Assembly (NCBI GenBank): GCA_951406725.2
Contig: CATOCA020000001.1
Location: 1,674,001 to 1,738,000, forward strand
Direction of reading: 5' to 3'
Length of the DNA: 64,000 bases
DNA from: Octopus vulgaris
Lineage: Eukaryota
The notes beneath the pieces are model-generated. The model was not told the origin of the DNA and made no database searches. It saw only the letters and a program-made list of their open reading frames with translations. This document shows positions 1 through 43,985 of the stretch, one piece after another. Both the position numbers and the translations under genes were made by a program. Position 1 is the first letter of the stretch. The number at the start of each line of letters is the position of its first letter.

Positions 1-608
1 TGTATTTCCGGAGGACAACTTTATAAAATATCCAAGTCGTTTTTTACAAGTTGCCAGTATTTACACCTACACAGAACAACCGATTTAACAGTCAAACTTT
101 CTAATGTTGGTTCTCAAACTCTCACCTGAGATTTTATGATTAAATATCTTACTTCAGGAAATCTCAAAATGATGTTCTTGGGAATATCTTTGTCTTTAAT
201 CATCACCTTCCCTAGATACTGATAAATCATTAATCAACTTTGATGACTCACAATCAATTGTTAGAAATTGGTGTTTACTGATATAAAAACGAATGTACTG
301 ATATTTCAGTTAATTGCAAGTTATGTTGCTGTATCATTCATTGGTCTTGTGCTGCAGCATGATTCATTAGTCTTGTGCTGCAGACAGGACCCTCTTGAAA
401 TTTGACAAGTCTTCTATTTGGATAAAGACAATGTTTAGTGGATGTAGTGAGAGATACACTATCACAGAGAAATGACACCTGGAACATCTTTCAACATTAA
501 TCTGCCAGATTATGGCAGATCTGGGTCTACACGACAATTCTGAAGCACATTAGATACTATATATACGTATTATATATCATAAAGTCAATGAGACAAACAG
601 ACAGATTA

Positions 609-30582
<29,974 letters not shown>

Positions 30583-31397
30583 GTCTTCTGAATATAATAT
30601 AAAAAAAAGATGACAAAAAATGATTAAAACAGTTTTGAAAAACTTATAAAATGAGGTAAACAACAATAAACAGAAGTTGATGGTTCTAAAATCTTGCATA
30701 AGATAACATTGATATTGTAAACTTCAGTTTATCTAAAGTATCATAGCTGAATGTTCTTCTTTCTAATAAACCTAGCTGAGTCATTGTGTTGTGTCTCTCT
30801 AGATTACAGATTGACTGGTTACTATTAAACCCTCAATATTGGAATGTACAACTACGTAGAGGCAGCGTACATGTTGAGCTATAAATCTGTGGATCATACC
30901 CCAGCTACGGTAGAGGGCACTCAAAGACAAACTGATTCTCCAAAGAAAGGTAATACGAAAAATAGTAAAAGAACAGAGTTTGTTCAATAAAACCTCCTGT
31001 ATTGTGTCGAAACACTAGCTAAGTAGATGAGAAATCAGACACTATCAACAAGTGCTTACTTTATAGATTTTTGCAAATATCTTTATAAAATCATTTAATA
31101 AATTTCCTTATATATATATATATATATATATATATCATCACCATCACCATGTAACGTCCATGTTTCATCCATTTATGAGTAAGATGGATGGCAGGAGTCG
31201 GCCGGGTACCCTGGGCTACTGTCTATTTTGGCAGGGATTTTACAGCTGGATGCCCTTCCAAACGCCAACCACCAGTTTTGTCCCACTGTATGACACCTTG
31301 GGCAAGTACCCAGTGAAAGAACTGCCAAAATGAAGTGTTTGTGTGGGTGTGTGTGTGTACCTGTGTATATATATATATATATAAATATATATATGTA

Positions 31398-31440
<43 letters not shown>

Positions 31441-31442
31441 TC

Positions 31443-32113
<671 letters not shown>

Positions 32114-32143
32114 TTATATATATATATATAAATATATATATAT

Positions 32144-32706
32144 AACAATGATAAATATCAATGTGAGTTATATATAGTAAGCGGTAACACAACGTGACGT
32201 ATTTTTGCCATTTCAATATGGCTAAACCCTAAGGGTGGATGCTACTGTAGTTTTTAGCCCCAGGAGGACACACTCCTCCAGCTGGCCATAGACACACTTT
32301 CTGTGTCCTGTCAGTATTTGTAAAGGGAAGTCATCCTTCCCGTCTTCAACCTTATGATACACACGGACTCGAGTTTCGAGGTATTGACCTCTCGTCAGCG
32401 TGTGACAATCATAGTTGTCGCCGAGAATTAGATTTCCTTCACAAATACTTATACTTTTTCCAGCGTCCACTGTCGCTGATATTGAAAAAGTGACATCAAA
32501 CAATGATAAATATCAATGTGAGTTATATACAGTAGCGGTAACACAACGTGACGTATTTTTGCCATTTGACTTCCCTTTGCAAATACTGACAGGACACAGA
32601 AAGTGTGTCTATGGCCAGCTGGAGGAGTGTGTCCTCCTGGGGCTAAAACTACAGTAGCATCCACCCTTAGGGGTTAGCCATATTGAAATGGCAAAAATAC
32701 GTCACG
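32144..32706 (-). mobile_element. Non-autonomous Penelope-like element: direct + inverted pseudo-LTR arrangement with hammerhead, inserted in (TA)n
   Basis: Direct repeat 32144-32213/32499-32567; inverted repeat about 32193-32333/32567-32706; hammerhead at 32360-32404; related fragment at about 60700-60790. Confidence 0.75.
32360..32404 (-). ncRNA. Minimal type I hammerhead ribozyme (Penelope-type)
   Basis: Minus strand: CACACG-CUGACGA-GAGG UCAAUA CCUC-GAAA-CUCGAGUC^CGUGUG. Perfect core, 6-bp stem I, 4-bp stem II, palindromic stem III (ACUCGAGU). Confidence 0.85.
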
Positions 32707-33310
32707 TATATATATATATATATATATGTATGTATATGTATTTGTGTGTGTGTGTGTGTGTGTTTCCATTTGTTGTTACTGAAAATTGCTCAGCAATGAA
32801 CGATTTGATTATCATTTTCCCTGTTAATAGACAAACCATTGGAATAAGTGATCCCTTGAACAACAGGTAAGGGTTAATAACATGAAGGGGATCCAGATGC
32901 AAAAAGAATGGATCAATAATATACTCATACAACCCATGGTAGTATGGAGAAAAGCTGTAAAATGATTGCTTTATATGCATATACGTACATATATAAGTCT
33001 ATGTATGTGTATACTCGTGTGCATGTGTGAGTAGCTGTATGGCATAGTGATTCGGGTGTTACCCTCACAATAGCTAGATCGTGGGTTTGATTCTTGCAAT
33101 GCCCTTCCTTTCCCAAGACTTCCGAATGTTCGCCTGCTTTCCTAACCAGTGGAGTGGCATCATTGAAAACGTAAAACGACGCAAAGCACATTGTGACAAG
33201 TGATGTGTAACATCCTGCAGTATAATCGATCATGTGACTACATAATTATATATGTGTATATATATATGTACATATATATATATGTATGTATATATACGTA
33301 TATATATATG

Positions 33311-33360
<50 letters not shown>

Positions 33361-33818
33361 GATATATATATATATGTGTGTATATATATATATATATAAG
33401 TGTGTGTGTCTATATGAGTGTGTGTGTACTTAAGGTTGGAATTTAAAACTATTTCTTGTGAAGGGTATCGACTTGTAACCTTTAATTAAGATCTTAATAC
33501 ATAAGCATTACGAAAGATGTTTTATGAATACATTTGTGTACACTACACGCCGAGACAAAGGCCAGGGGACTGCTTGTATATATTATACACACACACACAT
33601 ACGCATAGCAGACTTAATAACATAGGCTAAGAGGAGAATAAGAGAGAGAGGAAATGGAGGAAGCGAGGCATTGAAATAAACACTGGGTTTACAATTTGAA
33701 GTTCGGAAGTGTGAAAGTTGTAAAGATAATTTATGGACAGGTCAGAAAGAAAGCTAAAACAGCAAAAGGAGTGGGAGGGAGTTACAGACACTAAATACAT
33801 GAAACTAGACTTTATCAC

Positions 33819-33868
<50 letters not shown>

Positions 33869-35379
33869 TTATATTCAGTTTTAAAAGTATTTTACTTGTT
33901 TCAGGCACTTGACAGCGACCATTCTGTAGCACCATCTTGAAAGGTTCTAGTTGAACAAATCAACCCCCGGACGTTTTTTCAGCCTAGTCCTTATTCTATC
34001 GGTATCCTTAAGCGAATCGCAAATTTATGGTGATGTAAACACACACGGATATATAAATATGTGACGGGTCTCTTTCACTTCCCATCTACCAAATTCAATC
34101 TCAAGGCTTCAAGGGATTGAACGCAGAACCATGTGGTGAGGAAGCAAGCTTCTTACCACACAGCCATTACTGTGACTATATACACAGATATATACATATA
34201 TGAATTTTGTAGTGTCCAGGGAGTCATTATGCCAATATCATTAACACACGCACTGGTTCAATTCCACTTCTTTATTGTTTGTCAATATTAAATTCATTTG
34301 TTTTCAAAATATTTTCTTTTCTAAGATGAACATAATTTTTACACAATTCATCGATGAACGAAATGTAAAGAAACATACAGGCACGAACACACATTTATCC
34401 ACTCACACACACACACACAAGCACATGCATTGGTGTATATAAATGTGTAAGCCTATGTATGAGTGTATACACACACATACATATAGATGTATAATGATAA
34501 ATGAAAATTTATTGAACTGATTTTTATGAAGTTTGGTAAACGAATGAAATAAAGTCACGTGATTGAATTTAGAAACAACAAAAATGAATTGCATGTTACG
34601 GGATTTATTGTGGATTTGTTTTAGATATTTTACTTCAGAAAATTCAGTATGATGCGTAGAAGACAACATAATATTTTTTCAATCATCTGAAGCTCAAAGC
34701 TCCCGAAGTTGAAGGTCTATGGAGACACAAGAAGAAAGGCAGGACAGGCACGGAGACAAAGAAATGTCGTAGAGACACAACAGCAACAGGAAGTAAAACA
34801 TCAGTTTCAAACAACTAGTCAAGCCTACTGGAGGGAACAAGAGACACCAGAGGGGAAACGACAGACGTTCGAGTCTCAAGCCATTAGAAAAGCCAGCTTA
34901 AGAGGATATACGTTAACAGAACAACTTCAAAGTAACGCAGATAGAAATGCCTGCTACAGACGAAGAGGAAACATCAAAGTAACGACAAGTCAGGTTGGAA
35001 TTTAAAACTTTATCTTTTGGAGAGGAGCGACTAGTAACCTTTAACTAAGATCTTAATACATAAGCATTACGATAGATGTTTTATGAATACTTCATGCATT
35101 AGTGAACAGTCAACAGCGTTGGAGACCATGGAGATTAAATTTCTGAATATTTGAAAAGAGTTTCCTGTATCATTGTAATTTTTGGTGGATATCAAAATGC
35201 CGACATCATGACTGATGCTCAATGCTCTGTGAATACTGTAAAGGCTGTGAGATGTGACACACGCATGAGACTGTGAATCTGTAGCTACTGGGAAGGGACA
35301 TAGTAGGAGTTCTGATTGTGTCTCGCACCACACCACAATTCATTGCCACATCGTTGAGCAGGTAGTGAGTTACGCTCTC

Positions 35380-35765
35380 ACAGACAGCTTTGTGAAACTG
35401 CTGCAGACTGGGATCAAACTCTGGCTGGAGAGGATTGCCATGGAAGGTCATATGTGTGGCAGCAGAATCATCTCTTCACCGCTGGAAGGAACCAGACGTG
35501 ATTGTTGGAGATACGACTGCCCCCAGCCCGAATTTCTGGTCTTCTAATTCCCCTGATTGTAATACCCTGGATGACTAGAGCAATTGAGAAAGAAACATCC
35601 CCAGGACACAGTGAGGAACGCATAAGGCTTTGAAGATGTGTTGACAAGATAATTTCAGGAAACCTTTATCTCTCAGCCAAAACCTAGTTTTGACAGGTTG
35701 GAATTTAAAACGCTTATTTTTGGATGTGATAAGGAGTTTTATTTTCCTTTTGTGAAAACTGTCAG
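35380..35765 (+). mobile_element. Tc1/mariner transposase relic (internally deleted copy)
   Basis: Homologous to 50900-51410; contains ttctggtcttctaattcccctgattgtaataccctgg (FWSSNSPDCNTL). Confidence 0.65.
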
Positions 35766-35899
35766 ATGTATACATACACTCATTGCATATGTATACATAT
35801 CTATATACATATATTTAAATGTATATGTATACACAAATACACATACACGCATGTGTATGCCTATCCATTTAGATATTTATTCACATTTGTTGCAGCTTT

Positions 35900-37610
35900 G
35901 CAATATTGTATGCTAAAAGTATTCCACAAGGGACATCCAGGAACCGCAAGAATGAAAGCACTGATGAGAAGCTAAGTTTACTGGTTGAATATGGATCAGG
36001 AAATTTAAATTGGTGAAGGCCTGCAGGGGTTGTGCCCTGGCAATAAAAAGCACTACCTATAAAAGTTCAGCCTTGGCCCAAGACTGACATAGAGTACAGG
36101 ACCGATAAATGGAAGGCATTATCTATTAGCTGTGGAGAGTTACACGAAATGGCCGGAAATATGTAAATGTAGGAAGCCATCCTCCAAAGTGGCAATGCAA
36201 TTTCTGGACGAACATTTTGCGCGATATGGCACCCCAGATTCAATCTTCGTGTCTGGAAGCGGAACATAGTTGACATCGAAGGAATTAAAAAGCTTTTACA
36301 AAATGCATGCAATGGAGCATATTACTACTCGGCCATACCATCCGAGATCGAATGGAATAGCGGAACGTTTTGTAGACTAGTTTAAGAGGGCGCTAAAAGA
36401 AACCTAGGAATGAGATACTAGTTCATTCCTGCATTGACGCATTTCTTAAGTGTCTACCAAGCTGAACCCCAACACCACTTCAGGTATGTCGCCGGCTGAA
36501 CTATTGTTCGCCAAGGAAAGTCAGGTCAGTGCTCGACAAATTACTACCAGGCTTTGAAGATGTGTTGAGGCTGTGGTGGAAAATAAAAGGAAACACCGAA
36601 AATAAGATAAAATACTTCAAATTTTGACAAGGTGTTTTTGAATTTTTAAATATACAGAAATGGAGAGGATGTGATAAGGAATTTTATTTTCGTTTTGTGA
36701 AAACTGTCAGATGTATACATACACTCATTGCATATGTATACATATCTATATACATATATTTAAATGTATATGTATACACAAATACACATACATGCATGTG
36801 TATGCCTATCCATTTAGATATTTATTCACATTTGTTGCAGCTTTGCAATATTGTATGCTAAAAGTATTCCACAAGGGACATCCAGGAACCGCAAGAATGA
36901 AAGCACTGATGAGAAGCTAAGTTTACTGGTTGAATATGGATCAGGAAATTGAAATTGGTGAAGGCCTGCAGGGGTTGTGCCCTGGCAATAAAAAGCACTA
37001 CCTATAAAAATTCAGCCTTGGCCCAAGACTGACATAGAGTACAGGACCGATAAATGGAAGGCATTATCTATTAGCTGTGGACAGTTACACGAAATGGCCG
37101 GAAATATGTAAATGTAGGAAGCCATCCTCCAAAGTGGCAATGCAATTTCTGGACGAACATTTTGCGCGATATGGCACCCCAGACAATATAGTGTCTGAAA
37201 GCGGAACATAGTTGACATCGAAGGAATTAAAAAGCTTTTACAAAATGCATGCAATGGACATATTACTACTCGGCCATAACATCCGAGATCGAATGGACTA
37301 GCGGAACGTTTTGTAGACAAGTTTAAGATACGCTACAAAAAACCCAGCTAGGAATGATATATAGTTCATACTGCATTGACGCATTTCTTAAGTGTCTACC
37401 GAATAACACCTAACCCCAACACCACTTCAGGTATGTCGCCGGCTGAACTAATGTTCGCCAGGAAGTCAGGTCAGTGCTCGACAAATTACTACCGGGAAGA
37501 AAAGGTGGGGGAAATAGAAGGAAACACCGAAAATAAGATAAAATACTTCAAATTCGGTGACAAGGTGTTTTTGTTTTTAAATATACAGAAATGGAGAGGA
37601 AAGTTGGGAA
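35900..37610 (+). mobile_element. Two tandem copies (period about 945 bp) of a decayed Ty3/Gypsy integrase fragment
   Basis: Zn-binding region FHKGHPGTARMKALMRS..YW..CRGC; catalytic region HITTRP*HPRSNGLAERFVDKFK; FLSVYRITPNPNTTSGMSPAELMFAR. Confidence 0.85.
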
Positions 37611-38341
37611 GAAATTAGAATAAGTAAACGTTTTGGAAAAATAACGTCATGGGGTCGATTTACTCGACTAAAGGCGGTGCTCCAGCATGGCCACAGTCAA
37701 ATGACAGAAACAATTAAATGAGTAAAAGAATATCTTAGTTTTTCTAATGCTCGTTGCTTAGTTTTTCTTGGAGGGCTGGCCGTGATCTAGTAATCTCAAG
37801 ATTAATCAGCCGAAATTACTACGATGATCCGGTTCTTGACTGAAGACTGAGGGTTTCGAATGTCCTGTCCGTGTTTATTGTATCGTCTTCTTGAGTTATA
37901 CGTTCTTGTCCATGTTGTATTTTTCTACATACCTTAACATATATTCCAGGCGCCACGTACCCTCTTAACATTAATGTGAGCACATATTCTTAATAACTGG
38001 TACGACTCTTTGTTTGTCTCTCTCTCTCTCACTTTTACTTGATCTGTCCCCTCTCTCTCTACTCATCCTCTTTTTCTCTTCTCTTTCCTCTGATTCTTTG
38101 GTCTAATCTTCCACTACCCTCCTATTTCTTTGTCTCGCTCTGCACTCACAGGTCGCTCTTCGACACCAATCCCTTCTCCTCTCTGATTCCTTCTTTCTCT
38201 CTCTTCTCTCTCTTTGTTGCGTTTGTCCCTCCTCTCTCCTCTCTCCGTTGCTTCCTTTCTTTTCTTCTCTCTTCTCTGTCGGAGGGAAACATTGTAAATG
38301 CAATCTGCCTCATTCTGACCGAAGCGGGTCCACATATATAT

Positions 38342-38376
<35 letters not shown>

Positions 38377-38426
38377 ACACACACACACACACAGAAACAC
38401 ACACATTTGTTTTTATATATATATAT

Positions 38427-38810
38427 AGGCGCAGGAGTGGGTGTGTCTTCACGTTAGCTTGCTTACCAACACATGGTTCCGGGTTCAGTCCCACTGCGAG
38501 GCACCTTGGGCAAGTGTTTTCTACTATAGCCACGGGCTGACCAAAGCCTTGTGAGTCGATTTGGTAGACGGAAACTGAAAGAAGCCCGTCGTATATATAT
38601 ATATATATAAATAATGTGTGTGTGTGTGTGTGTGTCCAGCATCGCTTGACAACGATGCTGGTGTGTTTACGTCCCCGTATCTTAGCGGTTAAAAGAAACC
38701 GATGGAATAAGTTAGGCTTACAAAGAATAAGTTCTGGGGTCGATTTACTCGACTAAATGCGGTGCTCCATGTCATGGCCACAGTCAAATGACAGAAACAA
38801 TTAAAAGAGT
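38427..38810 (+). mobile_element. Dominant SINE copy
   Basis: Head aggcgcaggagtgg..., tail ggtgctcc...ggccacagtcaaatgacagaaac. Confidence 0.8.
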
Positions 38811-38847
38811 TATACGTTCTTGTCCATGTTGTATATATATACATACC

Positions 38848-38930
<83 letters not shown>

Positions 38931-38934
<4 letters not shown>

Positions 38935-39312
38935 AGGCGCAATTGCCCAGTGGTTAGGGCAGCGGACTCGCTGTCATAGGATCGCGGTTTCGATTCCCAG
39001 ACCGGGTGTTATGAGTGTTTATTGAGCGAATACACCTAAAGCTCCACGAGGCTCCGGCAGGGGATGGTGGTGATCCCTGCTGTACTCTTTCACCACAACT
39101 TTCTCTCACTCTTACTTCCTGTTTCTGTTGTACCTGTTTTTCAAAGGGCCGGCCTTGTCACTCCCTGTGTCACGCTGAATATCCCCGAGAACTACGTTAA
39201 GGGTGCACGTGTCTGTGGAGTGCTCAGCCACTTACACGTTAATTTCACGAGCAGGCTGTTCCGTTGATTCGGATCAACCGGAACCCTCATCATCGTAACC
39301 GACGGAGTGCTT
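38931..39312 (+). mobile_element. Second tRNA-derived SINE family
   Basis: tRNA-like head (agtggttagggcagcggactc...ggtttcgattccc); 3' half shared with the minus-strand SINE at 40038-40361. Confidence 0.75.
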
Positions 39313-39989
39313 CTATATATATATATGTGTGTGTGTGTGTGCGTGCGTGTGTGTGTGTGTGTGTGTATGTATGCACGTATCTAAATATACATATATAACT
39401 TAGAATACAGAGACACAGAAAATGAAAGGGAGAACGTATAGTATTATAATCCGACAACTGTTTGTGAGGGGTCAGTCCTGTAATATTTGTTTTGGAAATT
39501 ACTTGGTGACCCAACCTTTCCTAAAAGTGGTTGGCATAAAGATCGGCATCCAGTCACAGAAACCATGCTAAGAGAGATAATGGGAACCTGGTGCAGCTCT
39601 CTGGCTTACCAGTTCCCATCAAAGCGCCCAACGCATGCCAGTTGGAAAACAGACGTTAAACGATGATGATTATTATTTATGTATGTAAACATACGGACCT
39701 ATAGAATGAGGACCGATGCTAAGAATGGCCAATGATCTGGTGTTCATAATAACAGCAACAACAAAGACAACAGAAGCACAACGGCAGGAACGGCAGTGAG
39801 CAGACAGGGGTCAATGGGACCGGAACCTTCAAGTGGCTGGGGAAACTACAGCAGTTGTAGCAGACTATAGAGAAAGGGAAGAAGAAGAGAGGGAGGAAAT
39901 GGAAGAAGCGAAGGCATTGAAATAAACACTGGGTCCACATTGAGGGAAAATAATTTGAAAAACATCATCAGAAGATCTCACTTCTGTGT

Positions 39990-40580
39990 GTAAAATCGAA
40001 AGTGGTCAACTAGATGACATGTTGTTGTGAAGCCATAAAAAGACTCCGCCGGTTACGACGACGAGGGTCCCAGCTGATACGATCAACGGAACAGCTTGCT
40101 CGTGAAATTAACGTGCAAATGGCTGAGCATTCCACAGACACGTGTACCCTTAACGTAGTTCTCGGGGATAATCGGCGTGACACAGAGAGTGACAAGGCTG
40201 ACCCTTTGAAATACAAGTACAACTCATTTTTGCCAGCTGAGTGGACTGGAGCACCGTGAAATAAAGTGTCTTGCTCAAGGACACAACGCGTCGCCGGGAA
40301 TCGAACTCACAACTTACGATCATGAGCCGAATGCCCTAACCACTAAGCCACGCGCCCTCACTGTGAAGCCATATACGTCGGATCAACGAGGAGACAGATC
40401 CACCGCAGAGTGAAAGAGCATTCCTTTCAGTCCAAACAACACAGTGTTTTATTCCCGAACGGTCAACATCGCCAAAGTGAATGTTCCACCAGGATACTAG
40501 AAAGAGTCGTGGATGCCGTCAACCTCCGAATAACAGAGGCGCACTTCATTAGAAGAAAAATGCCAAGCTTGAACCACTGA
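39990..40580 (+). mobile_element. Penelope-like GIY-YIG endonuclease relic interrupted by a SINE
   Basis: Removing the SINE and one TSD gives VVN*MTCCCEAIYVGSTRRQIHRRVKEH, and further on RILERVVDAVNLRITEAHFIRRKMPSLN. Confidence 0.7.
40038..40361 (-). mobile_element. tRNA-derived SINE with a 12-bp target-site duplication, inserted into a GIY-YIG relic
   Basis: TSD tgtgaagccata at 40026-40037 and 40362-40373; head gggcgcgtggcttagtggttagggc...gttcgattccc. Confidence 0.85.
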
Positions 40581-41005
40581 CCTTAGCTAATGCCTGGAAA
40601 CCTATTTACTGCTTTCAGGATTATTAATCGACACTTGTTAACATTAGGGAAATAAAGAAGAATCATGGATTCAAAAGTGCTCACAGTGAAATGGAATTTA
40701 AAACCGAGCAACAAGACTTACTCTGGGTTACATGTCACATACAGGATAACTCCATACTTTGCCATTTCCAATCTTCTCCTCCCCCCTCTCTCTCTCTCTT
40801 TGTCTCCATTGCGATCGTTAGCCGAATACATTAACCACTAAGCCACGTAACTTCACTCATCTACAAATGTAAACTCTTAAATAACCATCACTTTGGCTTT
40901 CTGAATCCAGCGGACAATTCCACAGAACTCACCAATAATTTTTCTAAATCTGTTCAATTCTAAACTAGATTGTTCTTTCAAAAACAGTATTTAAATATAC
41001 TCTTA

Positions 41006-41029
<24 letters not shown>

Positions 41030-41036
<7 letters not shown>

Positions 41037-41422
41037 TTGTTTCAGTCATTTGACTGCAGCCATACTGGAGCACCGCCTTTAATCGAGCAACTCGACCCCG
41101 GGACTTTTTATTTTGCAAGCCCAGTACTTATTCTATCGGTCTCTTTTTGCCGAACCGCTAGGTAACGGGGACATAAACACACCAGCATTGGTTGTCAAGC
41201 AATGCTAGGGGGACAAACACAGACACAAATACACACACACATATATATACATATATACGACGGGCTTCTTTCAGTTTCCGTCTACCAAGTCCACTCACAA
41301 GGCTTTGGTCGGCCCGAGGCTAAAGTAGAAGACACTTATCCAAGGTGCCACGCAGTGGGACTGAACCCGGAACCATGTGGTTGGTAAACAAGCTACTTAC
41401 CACACAGCCACTCAAGCGCCTA
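41030..41422 (-). mobile_element. Dominant SINE copy (full-length)
   Basis: Same family motifs as 10010-10396. Confidence 0.85.
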
Positions 41423-41524
41423 TCAATACGAATATATTAAAAACAGAATTCTTTTATACTTAAGAGGCTGTTTAAGTCTTACGATGTCAAAATACTATTT
41501 GTAAAGATGAAATATTCATTCAAA

Positions 41525-42190
41525 TTTTGGCACAAGGCCAGTAGTTTCAATGCGGAGCTAAGTTGATTACATCGACCCCAGTGTTCAACTGGTACTCATT
41601 TTATCAGTCTCGAAATGTCTAGCCGAACTTGGCAATATTTGAACTCAGAACAAACATTTCTTCCGGCCTGCTAAGCTTTCTGTCAGCTGGCCTCCTTATA
41701 AAAGTGAAATATTCTTTTCTACTCTAGGCACAGGGCCAGAAATTTTGGGAGAGGGGGTAGTCATTTGGATCGACCCCAGTAAGCAACTGGTACTTAATTT
41801 ATCGACCCCGAAAGGAGGAAAGGCAAAATCGACATCGGCAGAATTTGAACTCAGAATGTAAAAACAGAGGAAAAACCTATTTCTTTACTACCCACAAAGG
41901 GCTAAACACAGGGAGGACAAACAAGGGCAAACATACGGATTAAGTCGATTATATCGACCTCAGTGCATAACTGGTACTTAATGTATCGACCGCGAAAGGA
42001 TGAAAGGCAAAGTCGACCTCGGCGGAATTTGAACTCAGAACATAACGGCAAACGAAATACCTATTTCTATTTCTTTACTACCCACAAGGGGCTAAACACT
42101 GAGGGGACAAACAAGGACAGACAAACGGATTAAGTTGATTATATCGACCCCAATGTGTAACTGGTACTTATTTAATCGACACCGATAGGA
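41525..42190 (-). mobile_element. Tandem cluster of a third SINE family (B-box-like gttctgagttcaaattc + gcctttcatcc...gtcgat core)
   Basis: 3-4 partial units of about 185 bp; related copies at about 2310-2445, 30130-30340, 44310-44510, 45730-45865 and 57905-58065. Confidence 0.7.
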
Positions 42191-42405
42191 TAATGTTTCT
42201 GCTAGTTTGCCTCCTAATAAAGATGAAAACATTAAAATTGTTTTTATAAGAAGAAAATATATTTGAAGTGTGCCAATTATATTTGTTTAAAATATATAAA
42301 AATTGTGGTTTGTGTTGTCAGGGTTTTAACTAAAGGTTAAACGATATTTAAAACAAAAACAGAAAATAATTTGTTAATTGAAACAAATAGAAGAATAATA
42401 AGTAC

Positions 42406-42580
42406 CTGTATAAATAATTCGGTTTTCTGTTGGAATCTGAAGAGATTGTCTCGCAAGAATATATTGGATGCTCAGCGTGCTTCGAGAAGTGCGATGAAAT
42501 ATACAGAAACCCCGTTCAGTTTACTCTTATTTATAATGAGATTACCAGACTTGTCCACGTTGTATATTGAGATAAGGTGT
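42406..42580 (-). promoter_or_regulatory. Putative proximal promoter + non-coding first exon (copy A)
   Basis: Minus-strand TATAAATA at 42528-42535; about 95-nt ATG-free exon ending CAG|gtactt at 42406; AGATAAG (GATA) site near 42570; the same layout is conserved in copy B. Confidence 0.5.
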
Positions 42581-42875
42581 GAACTTTACACACAGGGCGT
42601 TGTGCATTTAATCACGAGGACAAATGATAAATCTTGACGTTAGTTATAGCAGTTGTGTATGTGTGTATGTTACATCTATATGTGTGCCCGTATATATTTA
42701 TGTATGTGTGTGTGTTTGTAGGCGTAGCAGGTTCTCACTGCAGGTAAAAAGGAGAAACTACTTGCATATGTGTATACACACACACACACACATACATCTT
42801 AATTTTATATATTTCATGTATACCATACATAGACATATCCCTATATATATATATATATGTGTGTTGTTGTGTGTA

Positions 42876-42950
<75 letters not shown>

Positions 42951-42953
42951 ATG

Positions 42954-43026
<73 letters not shown>

Positions 43027-43559
43027 CTATATATATATATATATATACGCATTCATACATACATACATGTATACATACATACATCATACATATATACATA
43101 CACACATACATACACATACATACATACATACATACATACATACATACACACATACATACATGCATACATACATACATACATACATTCATACATACATACA
43201 CACACATACATACATACACACACATACATACATACGTACATACATACATACACATACATACATGCATACATACATACATACATACATACATACATACATA
43301 CACACACACATACATACATACATACATACAGACAGACATACACACACACATAATGCACTTACGTGTGTGTACTTAAAAGTATTGTTGTTTGAACGCAAGT
43401 TTGAGAGACAATGAAATGTAACTGAAAGAGGAACTCAATACTAAGAATGTAGAAAAATTCCTAATAAAATTTGCGTTGACCGAGGTTTGAATATTATTCA
43501 TCAAGAGAAATGGAACCAGAAATATGAGGTCCCAGTTGACATGAAATATACAGAACCCA

Positions 43560-43985
43560 TGCAGGTTAGTGTTGGACATTTCCAAACCGCATACTATCAA
43601 CGGACAACATATGGTGGACCTGGAGGGATTTCGGTCCCAGATTCATAATCAGGGCGTGACTTAGGCATTGACATGTCTAATGTTGCACACTTCCATGTGC
43701 ATATTACGAAGCTGGCAATAAAATTCAGGTGGTTGGGTGGATGAATTCTTAGAAGTTTCAGTTCAAAGAAGCAGGAAACTATAATGGTCCTCTGGAGGAT
43801 ATTTGTTCTTGGCCAGTGTGATTACTGCTTCCATCGATGACCACCACATCGTGTAAAATTAAGAGCTAAACTCGAGGCGATTAAACGAAGCTTCACAATG
43901 AAGTTGCCTCAGTGCAGCAGATTAGTGACTGGGAACGACTCTACAGGTCGAAACATTACTTCCTGTAACGGAGATGGGAAAGTTA
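43560..43985 (+). mobile_element. CR1-like LINE 3' fragment
   Basis: Degraded ILRSFSSK, LEAIKRSFT and WERL..RRWE motifs typical of the CR1 ORF2 C-terminus. Confidence 0.55.

Noticed and set aside
330-385. Possible SECIS element in the 3' UTR explaining the TGA as selenocysteine
   Set aside because: The AUGA...UGA words come from a short tandem duplication, and I could not build a convincing SECIS helix by eye. It needs SECISearch.
38931-39005. tRNA-like sequence (also 40290-40361 and the dominant SINE heads)
   Set aside because: These are SINE heads continuing into SINE bodies; no complete cloverleaf, and one has a clear TSD.
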